DNA of 64,000 nt from Candidatus Bathyarchaeota archaeon (GCA_963833575.1 CAWHXY010000004.1:32001-96000); one strand, 5' to 3'; shown: positions 9,267 through 21,406, numbered from the stretch's first letter. Notes: generated from the letters alone by a model not told the origin. Made by a program: numbers and translations.

Positions 9267-10598
9267 CTAGTGTAGTATTGGTGTTCCGTTGTATGTTACT
9301 AGTTTGAGCGTTGCGTTGTCGACGGCCACTATGTTAGCTGGCAATGGGACGTATCCTAATCCTGTTCCTAAGTTCTGGCCTGAGTTCACGATCCATGACA
9401 TGAAGTTGACGAGAGCTGCACCTTGAGTTATGCTAGTTTGTGCTTGATAAACTAAAGCGTAAGTCATTGTAACAATTGGATAGACGGTGGTGGCTGTCGT
9501 ATTGCCGTAAATGTTGTCGATTATTGAAGTTCCTGTCCATGAAGCATTTCCGGCGGGAAGGCCAACAGAGGCTCCTGCGTCAAGCGCGGCTTGAATGTCT
9601 GCTACGTTAGCTAAGACATAGGTGCCTGCGGAATTTTGAACTGTTCCGTAAAAGAGTGAGGTTTGACCTGTGTTTTCAAGTATGTAGGCAATTTCAAGCG
9701 GACCGATTGCACCATCTTTAGTAGAAATTGCTCCTGCGACACCAGCGTTTTTGGGAGCTGCTATTTGAGCTGGAGCAGATGGCCAACTTGGAGACGTGCT
9801 TGGCGCCCCAACTGTTGATAGCCAAGTGCTACTCGATTTGCCCAAGAAATCAACGAAGGCGAACATTGTTCCGCTTCCGTCAGATCGGTGAACTGTAGTT
9901 ATTGTTGTAGCAGGCAATTGAGCAGCTACTGATGGACTTTGTAGTGCTTGGATAGCTGGGTCATTCCATGTGGTTATAGTTCCTAAGAAAATGTTTGCTA
10001 AGACTGTTCCTGTAAAATTGAGACCATTCTGACAAGCTGAACCATTAACAAGTTTCAAGTTATAAGCAGGTACTACTGCGCTAGCAGATATTGGTATGGT
10101 AAGAGCGGTTGTGCCTGATGGAAGTGCCGAGTATTGAGCTGCTGTCATTGGCGCATCAGATTCGCCGAAATCAACTACTTGTTGAGTGAATTGAGTAATT
10201 CCGGCTCCGCTGCCAACTGGGTTGTAGTTAACTGTTACTTGTGGAGTTACTTGTTGATAAGCTGGTTGCCAAACAGACATTAATGGGGCCACAAGTGTGC
10301 CTCCTGCGCCGTTAAGGGTTGCAGGCGATATTGTTGGCGTTGGAGTTGGTGCGGGTGTTGCAGTTGGTGTTGGTGTCGGTGTGGCTGCGGGTGATGCAGT
10401 TGGATGTGATGCTGGAGACGAAGTGGGAGATGAAGTTGGCGATGAAGTAGGTGTTGCTGTTGGAGTTGGAGTAGGAGTAGGCGATGGCGTCGACGAGGAT
10501 GAAAGAGACATGTAAGCAAAGACGCCGCCTATTACGATAATGATTACGACGATTGCTGCGATTATTATATAGGTACTTTTCATTTTTTTTACCTTCAA
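9267..10598 (-). CDS. pstS: Phosphate-binding protein with N-terminal anchor and Ser/Pro/Thr linker
   Basis: GSGAG, DFGESD, VHRSDGSGT, YPI motifs. Confidence 0.93.
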   Translation of the reverse strand: MKVKKMKSTYIIIAAIVVIIIVIGGVFAYMSLSSSSTPSPTPTPTPTATPTSSPTSSPTSSPASHPTASPAATPTPTPTATPAPTPTPTISPATLNGAGGTLVAPLMSVWQPAYQQVTPQVTVNYNPVGSGAGITQFTQQVVDFGESDAPMTAAQYSALPSGTTALTIPISASAVVPAYNLKLVNGSACQNGLNFTGTVLANIFLGTITTWNDPAIQALQSPSVAAQLPATTITTVHRSDGSGTMFAFVDFLGKSSSTWLSTVGAPSTSPSWPSAPAQIAAPKNAGVAGAISTKDGAIGPLEIAYILENTGQTSLFYGTVQNSAGTYVLANVADIQAALDAGASVGLPAGNASWTGTSIIDNIYGNTTATTVYPIVTMTYALVYQAQTSITQGAALVNFMSWIVNSGQNLGTGLGYVPLPANIVAVDNATLKLVTYNGTPILH

Positions 10599-11145
10599 TA
10601 AAACAACTATTTAGTACTTTGTTATATGAGGATGTTCTCCATAAACAATATATACTATATATAATTCAATGTAAATATGTATAGTTTGAATGTAAAAGCA
10701 TGGCAATAAAAAAATTGCAAATTAAGAGAAAAACATATACACACTTGACAAAAAATCGCTCTGGATAAGATGTATATAAAGCAGGAAAAGAAGCAACAAA
10801 GGAAACAGCATCATGGAGTTACATTTGTTATTCCATGGTCAAATCAATAGATAGCGCTCGCAAATTAAGAAATTCCTTCTCAGTTATCGGTTGATAGATC
10901 GTTTGTATTAAACAAGAACAAATGTTATGATAGTTTTCTGATGGTAAGAAGAGGATCGGTTTTGCGGACTCATTCAAAGTTGTTGAACCACCAGATATTT
11001 AGTTTTCATATTTCTACTTGCTACTACATATTGGCTAAAGGTGCAACATTTTATATAGAAAAACTCAATATTATCAATAGTCTATATAGATATACCTAAT
11101 ATAATTAGTATTCCGTAGAAGCATTAAGTTGGAGCCAGGTCAAGC

Positions 11146-12195
11146 GTGACTAAAGAAGTAGAAAAAATAAATGAAGAACAACGCAAACTGCAGGTAACAG
11201 GCGGATCAACATTTATACTCTCACTCCCAAAAGATTGGGCCATACGGAATGAGTTGAAGAGAGGAAGCTCAATGTTAGTCCGGGAAGAAGATGACGGCTC
11301 ATTGTCAATTGCGCCCTCAAGTTTTCCGAAAAAAGAAAAACAAGATGAAGCATTCATAAAAGCTTCATTAAACGATAATCCTGATGCCATTATGAGAACA
11401 GCGATTTCTGCTTATTTAGATGGCTATAACATTTTGCATATTAAAGCACAAGGACAAAAAGTTCTCTCCTCGAAACTTCGAAACCATCTTAAAAACTTTG
11501 CCAGGCATTACCTAGTTGGAACAGAAATTGTCATTGATACTCCAACGGATCTGACATTGCAAGTTTTGCTGAATTATCCTGAACTCACTGTTCAAAACGC
11601 GCTCAGCCGAATGTCGATTATAGCCTCATCCATGCATAAAGAGGCGATAAATGCGCTTAAGAAACTGGATTATTCAACTGCAAAATCGGTTATTGAAACG
11701 GACCGTGAAGTAAATAGGTTCGGTCTTTACATAGTGCGCCTTTTGAAGTTGGCGGTTTCTAACCCAAGGATCGTTAAAGAAATCGGGTTGAATAGCCAAA
11801 AAGACTGTTTAGGATACAGGCTTATTGGAAAAGCTGTTGAGAGAACAGCTGATCATGCAACTAAAATTGCAGAAAATACTCTCCTTTTGAAAGAGCAAGT
11901 AAGTGAAGACGTTCAACAAAAAGTGGACCAACTGAGTGGTTTAGCTAATTCTATGTTTGAGAACTCAATGGATGCGCTGTTTAGGCATGATTTTAATTTG
12001 GCGGAAAGTGTTATTGAAAAGCTGAATCAGGTTCATAAATTAGAAAAAGAAACCGTGATTTGCTTGCAAACTGCCAAGATTGAAGAAGTGGTTAACTTGC
12101 GTCTTGTTATTGAGAGTGTTAGGCGAACAGCGGAGTACGCAAGTGACATTTCCGAAGTTGTGCTTAACTTAAATGTTGATTCGGTCCTCACTTAA
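11146..12195 (+). CDS. AbrB-PhoU family phosphate regulator
   Basis: RKLQVTGGSTFILSLPKDW AbrB domain plus two PhoU repeats. Confidence 0.92.
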   Translation: MTKEVEKINEEQRKLQVTGGSTFILSLPKDWAIRNELKRGSSMLVREEDDGSLSIAPSSFPKKEKQDEAFIKASLNDNPDAIMRTAISAYLDGYNILHIKAQGQKVLSSKLRNHLKNFARHYLVGTEIVIDTPTDLTLQVLLNYPELTVQNALSRMSIIASSMHKEAINALKKLDYSTAKSVIETDREVNRFGLYIVRLLKLAVSNPRIVKEIGLNSQKDCLGYRLIGKAVERTADHATKIAENTLLLKEQVSEDVQQKVDQLSGLANSMFENSMDALFRHDFNLAESVIEKLNQVHKLEKETVICLQTAKIEEVVNLRLVIESVRRTAEYASDISEVVLNLNVDSVLT

Positions 12196-12355
12196 TTTTT
12201 TCTCTTTTCCCAAAAGAACTTTTTGCCGTATTGTAAAGGCTAAGATTATAAAAAATAGTGAAAACTTTTGCTTACAAATAAAAAGAAATATTGAGTATTC
12301 TTTGGTCCCTTCAACTAATGCCGTTTGATGAGTCTCATCGGTACTTTCTAAATTA

Positions 12356-12526
12356 CTAAATCGCTTCTGAGAAGAAGATTACTTCGGAGTTTGGATTGAC
12401 ACTGTAACTGTCAACCAGATGAGCGGTTCCATCAGGGCAGTAGACTTTATCACCTTTTACAGTTTTTTGGTAGCGTTTGCTACATTCTTTAAGCTTGCAA
12501 CAGCCATCACAATCTCGTGAGAGCAT
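12356..12526 (-). CDS. Cys-rich microprotein (56 aa), not in ORF track
   Basis: MLSRDCDGCCKLKECSKRYQKTVKGDKVYCPDGTAHLVDSYSVNPNSEVIFFSEAI; GAGGTGA Shine-Dalgarno upstream. Confidence 0.7.
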   Translation of the reverse strand: MLSRDCDGCCKLKECSKRYQKTVKGDKVYCPDGTAHLVDSYSVNPNSEVIFFSEAI

Positions 12527-12691
12527 TCTTTTTTCACCTCTTCCACATGTTCAAAATAGAGATTATCCATGGGCGCCTATAGAGATTCTCCACATAGTCT
12601 ATATAGAAAACTTTACATCAGGTTAATTCTCCAAAACGTTGAGAAACATTTATGAAACAAAGAGTAACCTCTCAAGAGCAAGATACATCTT

Positions 12692-13345
12692 ATGTGTGAA
12701 AACGGGTTGAAAGTAAAGGGTATTTTCTTGGACTTAGACGGCACCATAGTTGACTCTAAAGAAGCCTACATAGAAGCCGCTAAAAAAGCGTTCCAAGCCA
12801 TCGGACAAAGAACCCCAGAAAATAAAGTTGCCTTAGAAATTCCCCGAAGGCTCGAGCAAGGGTTAACAATCAAAGACATAACAAATGGGTATACCAAAAA
12901 ATTTCTAAAAGTATACTTTCAAACATGGTATTCAATCAGTCACAAAAAAACCACGCTAATACCAAACGTTTCGGCAACACTTGAAACATTGTCACAGAAA
13001 GCTAAACTGGCATTAATAACCATGCGTCATGTCCCAGCGCAAGCCGTCATAAAAGAGCTAGAATGTTTTGGCATATCACAATATTTTACCCATGTCGTAA
13101 CTGCGCTAGATACTTGTCCGAAACCGTCTCCTGAAGCATTAATAAAATGTGTGGAAGCGTTAGATGTTGAGATGTGCAATTGCATTATCGTGGGTGATTC
13201 AGTTAATGATATTCGAGCTGGAAAAGCCGCGGGAGCGGGCACCGTGGCCTTATTATCGGGGCTGTTCCAATGTGAAGAATTGATCAAAGAATGCCCAGAT
13301 TTAATTTTGAAGGACATAACCGCACTCCCAGAATACATCAAATGA
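12692..13345 (+). CDS. HAD-superfamily hydrolase (phosphoglycolate phosphatase-like)
   Basis: DLDGT motif I, KPSP, GDSVND. Confidence 0.92.
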   Translation: MCENGLKVKGIFLDLDGTIVDSKEAYIEAAKKAFQAIGQRTPENKVALEIPRRLEQGLTIKDITNGYTKKFLKVYFQTWYSISHKKTTLIPNVSATLETLSQKAKLALITMRHVPAQAVIKELECFGISQYFTHVVTALDTCPKPSPEALIKCVEALDVEMCNCIIVGDSVNDIRAGKAAGAGTVALLSGLFQCEELIKECPDLILKDITALPEYIK

Positions 13346-13480
13346 TGAGTTCAAGATGTATCTAAATTTGCAATATAGCTTAAACTGCCTTACCAAGTTA
13401 TATTGGTCTTGAGAAACAAAGTTTAATTAAAAGCTTAATCTTTAATCAATATTGGAGAGGGCTTCGGAGCGGGAATCAGG

Positions 13481-14095
13481 ATGAACTTTGTCGAACTAAT
13501 GATCGGGGAGAAATTGAAAGAATCGGATCCAGCCTTAGACATCATGGGGTCGGACCGCAAAGTTTTGCAGGTCGCCTGTCAAGACTTCACCAACTACCTT
13601 AAATTCCATTGGAACTTAATGGGAAAGGAATCAAATCAATGCGAACTCGTTGAGAAACTTGAGAATCTTTTCAAAGAAGACTCATCTGAGTTAGACGCGT
13701 TTTTGACAATTTGGATTGGAATTTGGTTCAAGAAATGGAAGGAGCGAGTAAAGCTGCTTATTGGCGATCAAAATGCTAGCAGATGGAATAAAATTTCAAA
13801 AACTATCGGTAACGCTGAACCGTTTTGGAAGAAGTTGGAAAACAAACAGGAACTTCAAGAGATCGTGGTGACAACCTTAGTTAAGAACGGCGAAATTTGC
13901 GGCACAGAAATTTTGTCTGAAAACCTCATCAAAATGGAGTTGGGAGAAAAACGGGTTCAAGACCTCAGCGACAGGGAAAGAGTTTTCACTGTACTAAATG
14001 AAGTATTGCGCAAAGCTCGAGAGATGGCTCAAAGCAAGGGGCCGCTTATCTTTGTCAAGATAGACAAAGGGTACTACAACACTCCAAGCCAATAG
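13481..14095 (+). CDS. Hypothetical protein
   Basis: 204-aa helical-looking ORF; no recognisable motif. Confidence 0.7.
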   Translation: MNFVELMIGEKLKESDPALDIMGSDRKVLQVACQDFTNYLKFHWNLMGKESNQCELVEKLENLFKEDSSELDAFLTIWIGIWFKKWKERVKLLIGDQNASRWNKISKTIGNAEPFWKKLENKQELQEIVVTTLVKNGEICGTEILSENLIKMELGEKRVQDLSDRERVFTVLNEVLRKAREMAQSKGPLIFVKIDKGYYNTPSQ

Positions 14096-14228
14096 AAAGC
14101 TTGCATCTTCTCTTTCCTTAATTTTCTATTTTTAACAAATCAATTTAAGGCGTAAGTGGTGAATGCTAAAAAGTAAATATTTTAGTCTTATAAAAGGAAT
14201 AAAATTATTTTAGTCGGTTTAAGAATGG

Positions 14229-14417
14229 TCAAACTACGCGTACTCTTTGAAGAGTTTTGCGCATCCATGTGTAATGTCGCATGGTTGTGGTTTCGCCATA
14301 GCCGCATGCTGCACAACGCTTGTGTCGCACGTGGTATGCTCGTCTTCCGCAGCGCCTGCATTTAATATGGACAGTTTTGCCTTGGCGCTTGCCCATTGAT
14401 GGAGTACCTTTACCCAC
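14229..14417 (-). CDS. rpl37e: 50S ribosomal protein L37e
   Basis: GKGTPSMGKR..HIKCRRCGRRAYH..CAACGY; GTG start after AGGTGA. Confidence 0.95.
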   Translation of the reverse strand: MGKGTPSMGKRQGKTVHIKCRRCGRRAYHVRHKRCAACGYGETTTMRHYTWMRKTLQRVRVV

Positions 14418-14422
14418 GGCAC

Positions 14423-14650
14423 TCACCTAGGCGGAGGCGATATAAGGACTACGTTGTCTCCTCGAACGATAATTAGTCCCAGTTTCTTTTGGTTTTCAAC
14501 TTGTGTCGTATCTTCTGTTTCTTCTAGAACAAGGTTTAGGTGCTGATCGAAACCCTTCAGTCTTCCTCTAAGGCTCTTTCCGCCTTTAAGTCTAACAAGT
14601 ACAACTTTGCTGAGATTTTGTTCAAGGATTTCGGTTGTCATTTCGCTCAT
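14423..14650 (-). CDS. Sm-like (Lsm) protein
   Basis: GRLKGFDQHLNLVL, IIVRGDNV; conserved Sm-L37e linkage. Confidence 0.95.
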   Translation of the reverse strand: MSEMTTEILEQNLSKVVLVRLKGGKSLRGRLKGFDQHLNLVLEETEDTTQVENQKKLGLIIVRGDNVVLISPPPR

Positions 14651-14700
14651 ATTGGAATCCTCATGTATCTATATCTCTTCTATACTTTATCTCTCCCAAT

Positions 14701-14724
14701 TTAAACCTATCTCACGGACTCTGG
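14701..14724. repeat. Direct repeat copy 1 (TTAAACCTATCTCACGGACTCTGG)
   Basis: 22/24 identical to 15662-15685; 15-bp core also at 17671-17685. Confidence 0.8.
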
Positions 14725-14882
14725 AAAAGAAATACTGGTTGAATCCTCATTTCTTAGAAGTGAAAATTTTAGTTGTTTCTTACATCAGATTGGGTTGAAG
14801 AGGTCTACTTGTTGTAGAACAGGGGAATAATAAGAGTGATAATTAAGAAACCTTTTATCACAAACTATCTGTACAATGAAGT

Positions 14883-15659
14883 ATGGACAGAATCAGCAAG
14901 AATTTCGCATTAATTCTGATTATAATTACGGCTACATCAAGTCTAAGTTTATTGATGATTAAACCAGCATTTGCTCAAACAATACCTACACCTTCTGTTC
15001 CAAAATTCACCTTAAAGTTTGTAGATAATTCGTATGATTTACCTACCACTTCGTCGATAGACCCCTATACAGGAAAAACCGTGACAACACAATCTGGTTA
15101 TCACGTAGAAAATAAATCGATAGAGGTCATTATTATCGACCAACCATGGATACGGCCTAATGATAATGAGTCGATTGATAACCAACTTACCTTAGTTTAC
15201 AATATTACTGCGAAAGGACATTATGCAAATGATTGGACATATTACTCTTTTCAATCTAAGCAAGGTCATTATGGTGGTGTAAGTTCGGGCTCTTTTGTAA
15301 CTGTTGCTACATTCGGCCTAGGGGAAAACAATGGTTCTGATGTTTATTCTTATACGTTACCGAATATTACTGCGGGGGGTCAGGTAGATTTTCAAGTTCA
15401 GGCATCCATAGGAACTACGGTACTACAATACAACCCTCAAGTTACCCCAAACCCATACAGTTACTATTATGTTTGGATGGGTGAATCAAGCGGTTGGAGC
15501 AACACACAAACATTAACCATCCCTGAATCTTCCATTTCAACTTCTTCACCAACCCCTGCCATTCCAGAGTTTCCAACTTTGATAATTCTGCCGCTATTCA
15601 TCTTAATCCTATCAATTCCCGTCATAGTTAGACTAGGAAAAACTTGGAGAATAATATAA
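14883..15659 (+). CDS. Exported surface protein with PEF-CTERM-like C-terminal sorting signal
   Basis: Signal peptide ending AFA; S/T/P linker, then IPEFP + TM helix + basic tail. Confidence 0.75.
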   Translation: MDRISKNFALILIIITATSSLSLLMIKPAFAQTIPTPSVPKFTLKFVDNSYDLPTTSSIDPYTGKTVTTQSGYHVENKSIEVIIIDQPWIRPNDNESIDNQLTLVYNITAKGHYANDWTYYSFQSKQGHYGGVSSGSFVTVATFGLGENNGSDVYSYTLPNITAGGQVDFQVQASIGTTVLQYNPQVTPNPYSYYYVWMGESSGWSNTQTLTIPESSISTSSPTPAIPEFPTLIILPLFILILSIPVIVRLGKTWRII

Positions 15660-15661
15660 CA

Positions 15662-15685
15662 TTAAACCTATCTCACGGAATCAGG
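15662..15685. repeat. Direct repeat copy 2 (TTAAACCTATCTCACGGAATCAGG)
   Basis: Starts 2 bp after the stop of the 14883-15659 gene; matches 14701-14724. Confidence 0.8.
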
Positions 15686-15924
15686 CGAGTGGCGACTCGA
15701 TTGATTTGGCTTTTCAGAAATTACCTGGGACGTATTTACCCTTATTTCCATTTGATAAGAATAGCCATCATGAAATCGAGCGCACTTTCACGCCATTTCT
15801 CTTCCTCAGTTTTGTGCGAATAATTATTTTAAATATGTTTTCTATGTTAACACACCTTTTAAGCACCATTGGATTTTAGTTCAATCAACAAGAATCACGT
15901 GATTCTTAAGAGACGATAATTAAT

Positions 15925-16869
15925 ATGCATATGAAGCCAAGCACCCAAATTGAAGAAATGGCATGTTTCACCACCGACGCATGTTACAAAGGAAAGGTCC
16001 CGGTTAATTCAAAAATAAAACTGAAAGACGTCGATACTGGGTGGGCGCAAAATGAGGAAGCCAAATTCCTTGGAAAAGGCAAATTAAAGGAAATGGCAAA
16101 TACAATTTTAGAGCAGAACCGCCGAGAATTGGCGAAAGCGCAGGAGTTGCTTTACGCAAATAATAGTTATGCTTTGCTTGTGATCTTGCAAGGTATGGAT
16201 GCAGCTGGCAAAGATGGCATAATCAAACATGTAATGTGTGGAGTTAACCCTCAAGGTTGTCAGGTAACAAGTTTTAAGCAGCCTTCTAATAGGGAGTTGG
16301 AGCATGATTTTTTGTGGCGACAGATCGTGGCTTTACCTGAAAAAGGCGAGATTGGCATCTTTAACAGATCGTACTACGAAGAAGTCTTGATTGTTAAAGT
16401 TCATAGAAATCTTTTAGAAAATCAAAATCTTCCGGCGAGAAAATACAACAGCGAGTTTTGGAAAAACCGCTATGAGGATATAGCAAATTTTGAACATCAT
16501 CTTGTGCGAAATGGAACAATAATTCTAAAGTTTTTTTTACATATTTCCAAAAATGAGCAGGAAAAACGCTTTACTGAACGTTTAAACAACCCTGACAAAT
16601 ATTGGAAATTTTCAGATGCTGACATTAAAGAAAGGGATTGTTGGGATGATTACATGAAAGCTTATGAGGACATGATAAACAATACAAGCACAAAATGGGC
16701 GCCCTGGTATATTATTCCAGCAGACTACAAATGGTTAGCTCGCTCACTAGTTGCGGACATAATGACCGCAAGCATACTATCTTTGGGTATCAAATTTCCA
16801 GTCGTGAGTGAGCAAAAACTGGAAGCGATTAAAGCAGCCAAAAGAAAACTGGAAAACAACAAATCATAG
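15925..16869 (+). CDS. ppk2: Polyphosphate kinase 2 family protein
   Basis: QGMDAAGKDG Walker A, FKQPS, FNRSYYE, WKFS. Confidence 0.93.
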   Translation: MHMKPSTQIEEMACFTTDACYKGKVPVNSKIKLKDVDTGWAQNEEAKFLGKGKLKEMANTILEQNRRELAKAQELLYANNSYALLVILQGMDAAGKDGIIKHVMCGVNPQGCQVTSFKQPSNRELEHDFLWRQIVALPEKGEIGIFNRSYYEEVLIVKVHRNLLENQNLPARKYNSEFWKNRYEDIANFEHHLVRNGTIILKFFLHISKNEQEKRFTERLNNPDKYWKFSDADIKERDCWDDYMKAYEDMINNTSTKWAPWYIIPADYKWLARSLVADIMTASILSLGIKFPVVSEQKLEAIKAAKRKLENNKS

Positions 16870-16930
16870 GATACTTCGGAATTGCTTTTTGAGTAGGCAG
16901 AAATGATGTTTACTAAATGGACATTTGTGA

Positions 16931-17626
16931 CTACTGCTTTATTTCATTTGGTTCTTTAGGTTTTTTTCTCAGTATGGGAATTACAAATTCGATGACTACA
17001 AGCAAGAGTATGAGGGCAATTATTACTGGGACGCCTAACGCAGTATTTCTCATGAATAGTGTTATCCATCCGAGCCATGGAATGCGCATAATCACTTTAC
17101 CGATCACGTAGTTTTGAGGAATCCCAGTGTTACTGTATTGAGAATTGGACCAAATGGTGTGGCTGTCATATTGGTTAATTGAAGGTATCGCTGGCCATTG
17201 CTGCCCGTTGCCGTCACCTTTGGTTTGGAAGTACCATGTGCCGTTAATTTCTTGTTTTGAAACTATTCGGTGAACAATAGGTGTGCCTGATGGATCAGAT
17301 GGATCACGATAAATAATTATGTCACTATTAGGGTAATTCGCGTTCAAGTCTGCAGGGTTTACCCCTTGAATGATTATTATGTCGCCTACACTCAGAGTTC
17401 GATCAAACGGGTGCGTTATGCTTAACCAAAAGCCCTGCCAGGTTTGACTTTCCAAAGAATCATAAGGAATGCTCATGCTTCCGCTTTCCACAATTAACGC
17501 TGGATTAGAAGTGTGAAGCCCTAGTTGCAGACCAAAAAAGAAGCCAAGAACAATTGCTATAATCAAAACGATTGCGACTAAAGTTTTGAGGTATTTGTTT
17601 TTCCAAATCTTTTTTAAAGCAATCAA
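16931..17626 (-). CDS. Signal peptidase I (archaeal Sec11/S26B type)
   Basis: VESGSM (Ser), IVHRI (His), TKGD, N- and C-terminal TMs. Confidence 0.88.
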   Translation of the reverse strand: MIALKKIWKNKYLKTLVAIVLIIAIVLGFFFGLQLGLHTSNPALIVESGSMSIPYDSLESQTWQGFWLSITHPFDRTLSVGDIIIIQGVNPADLNANYPNSDIIIYRDPSDPSGTPIVHRIVSKQEINGTWYFQTKGDGNGQQWPAIPSINQYDSHTIWSNSQYSNTGIPQNYVIGKVIMRIPWLGWITLFMRNTALGVPVIIALILLLVVIEFVIPILRKKPKEPNEIKQ

Positions 17627-17883
17627 ACGGTTGCCTCAGACAGCGATATTCTTGCTGACTAACAGTTCTATTAAACCTATCTCACAGGCTCCCTAAAAGA
17701 AAAATATTGATTTCCCTTTTAGGTCCGTGGAATGTTTATAAAAAATCAAAACAAATTTGGACCAGCTCAAAATAATTGATTTAGGTTAATATTTAACTTT
17801 TCATTCAACGCCAGTCCCGTTTCATTTGCTTGTACTTATAAGCATGCTAATGGATTATTTTCAGGGAAAAATAGGCAGGGTAT

Positions 17884-18486
17884 ATGCTGTTTACCATTGA
17901 GTTCATAATTACTTTCCTTGTTGCTTTTGGCTTAAACTTGATACCCTTCTTTGGCCCCTCAAACCTTTTAATAGCATCCACAGCAGCGATCGGCATGGTA
18001 AATGCTGACGCTACCGCCCTACTTACAATAGCTTTTCTTATCGCATTGGCAGCAGCCTTAGCAAAAGGCATCCATTACTTAATCACTTTCTTTGTCAGCG
18101 GACACCTAAGCGAGAAAAGTCAAAAGCGACTTGATTTAGAAGCGGGAAAGATCAAGCGCTGGGCTTTTCTGCTGCTCTATTTAGTTGCTGCAACACCCAT
18201 TCCTGATGAACCAGTCGTTATACCATTGGGGCTAATGAAGTATAGTCCACCTAAATTTTTCCTATCATATTTCTTAGGCAAAATTACGATAACTGTTGCA
18301 GGAGCGCTTCTGGGCAGTTGGGTAGAAGCCAACTTTTCAGGTTTATTTAGTCCTATAGAAATGGTTGCGCTTTCCATAGCTCTGACAGTTGTCATCACAA
18401 TTATAATGTTTAAAGTGGATGTAGGTAAGGAAACAGATAAGGTAATAAAGAAATTAAGAGGCAATAAAAAACAAATAAGTGACTAG
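17884..18486 (+). CDS. DedA/VTT-like membrane protein
   Basis: NLIPFFGP, ATPIPDE..IPLG motifs; hydrophobic. Confidence 0.75.
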   Translation: MLFTIEFIITFLVAFGLNLIPFFGPSNLLIASTAAIGMVNADATALLTIAFLIALAAALAKGIHYLITFFVSGHLSEKSQKRLDLEAGKIKRWAFLLLYLVAATPIPDEPVVIPLGLMKYSPPKFFLSYFLGKITITVAGALLGSWVEANFSGLFSPIEMVALSIALTVVITIIMFKVDVGKETDKVIKKLRGNKKQISD

Positions 18487-18487
18487 T

Positions 18488-18988
18488 ATGCCGACAAAAC
18501 AAAGACGATACGCCCTAAAGGCAAAAGAAGCAAAACAAATTTTAGATGAGTCCTCAAAAACGTTAAAACTCGACATGCAAACGCTTTTCGGTAAATCAAC
18601 CGTGGAAGTTGTGGAATCCGACGTAGGCGAAATCTACCTTATCGGCGGAAAACCCTTACTCTACAAAGCCGGCGACAAGATTCTACCCACCCTACACTTC
18701 ACCGAGTTCACCTCCAAAACACCCAAAATAGTGGTTGACATGGGGGCTATTCCATACGTTTGCAAGGGCGCAACCGTTATGGCTCCAGGTATCGTGCGTA
18801 TTGAAGGAGAATTTGGTAAAGGCGAGATTGTTTTGGTTGTAGATATGAAGTTTTGCAAAGCATTGGCGTTGGGCGAAAGCCTTTTGGATTCAACTTTGGC
18901 AAAGCAAACCAAAAAAGGCCCAATAGCTAAGACGCTGCATTACGTTAGCGATAAAATCTGGGACTTCACCAAAACACTGATCGAATAA
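18488..18988 (+). CDS. PUA-domain RNA-binding protein (DUF1947/MCTS1-like)
   Basis: VVDMGAIPYVCKGATVMAPGI, HYVSDKIW. Confidence 0.88.
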   Translation: MPTKQRRYALKAKEAKQILDESSKTLKLDMQTLFGKSTVEVVESDVGEIYLIGGKPLLYKAGDKILPTLHFTEFTSKTPKIVVDMGAIPYVCKGATVMAPGIVRIEGEFGKGEIVLVVDMKFCKALALGESLLDSTLAKQTKKGPIAKTLHYVSDKIWDFTKTLIE

Positions 18989-19128
18989 TTTCGCCACTTA
19001 ATCCCCGCAAGGCGGATTTCAGAAAAATTAAAAATCTAAAATTTTGTCTTTTTTAGAATCTCAACAGATATAGCGCATAGAAATGTTAAAGAAAAGAAAA
19101 TTAACCCTTGGCTATATTGCTAATGCTT

Positions 19129-19145
19129 AATTGGGCTTTGACGTA
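19129..19145. repeat. Pre-16S processing stem, downstream arm
   Basis: AATTGGGCTTTGACGTA is the exact reverse complement of 20821-20837. Confidence 0.85.
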
Positions 19146-19207
19146 CCTTTGTGGGTTCGTATGCTTTCCTTGCTCCTCCAGTTAAGCACTCTTCATGCTT
19201 TTTACTT

Positions 19208-20702
<1,495 letters not shown>

Positions 20703-20820
20703 TATGCACTCCAAGTTAATTTCTGCGGATCTTCTCTATCTTGTTTTTTGTGTGGTACGTTCTGCACTATTCGCATGATTTATGCCTAACTGGATTTGGA
20801 GGGAAAAACATTCCACTCAA

Positions 20821-20837
20821 TACGTCAAAGCCCAATT
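20821..20837. repeat. Pre-16S processing stem, upstream arm
   Basis: TACGTCAAAGCCCAATT pairs with 19129-19145. Confidence 0.85.
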
Positions 20838-21406
20838 CAGACCTAACTGAGCAATTAGTCAGGTCCACATTCGTGTCCCCGCAATTGGAGGCCAACTCCG
20901 TCATTCCTGCAAGGCAATCGCCGTTTCGGTAGGGGTTGAGCCGCCGCCATGTGAAAATTGCGGGGCTAGCAATTATAGCTGAATTCTAACAGAAGCCTAG
21001 TCAACTGATATAAACATTTCTTTTCATTCAATTGAACACTCTTCGATAACCCTCTGTGTACAAATTTTTTGGAGACGTTAAATTTTTGAATAATATATCC
21101 CATCTTTCGCCTTTTTTGTTCAAAAATGAGACTAAAAAAACGTGAATGCAACCTTTTGCTCACTATTTATTGTGAGTTAACAGATCTTATTTCCTTATAC
21201 TTTCAAGAGTACTTCTGAGTAATGTTTCTGTAATTGTTTCTTATATTGAAGATTTTATTATCCGCATTGCAGGTGAATTTGCCGCCGGAATCAGTTTTGA
21301 GTCTATATTTAAGCGCGCGGTTCTAAGCAAAAAATTCATCTTCTGTTTAAATTCTTAAAATGTCTTCTTAGAACGTTTTTAATTATGTTTTTATTATCGA
21401 TCTAGT

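Noticed and set aside
10280-10519. Gln/His-rich and Gly/Val-rich ORFs and apparent tandem repeats
   Set aside because: Alternative frames of the PstS Pro/Thr/Ser linker
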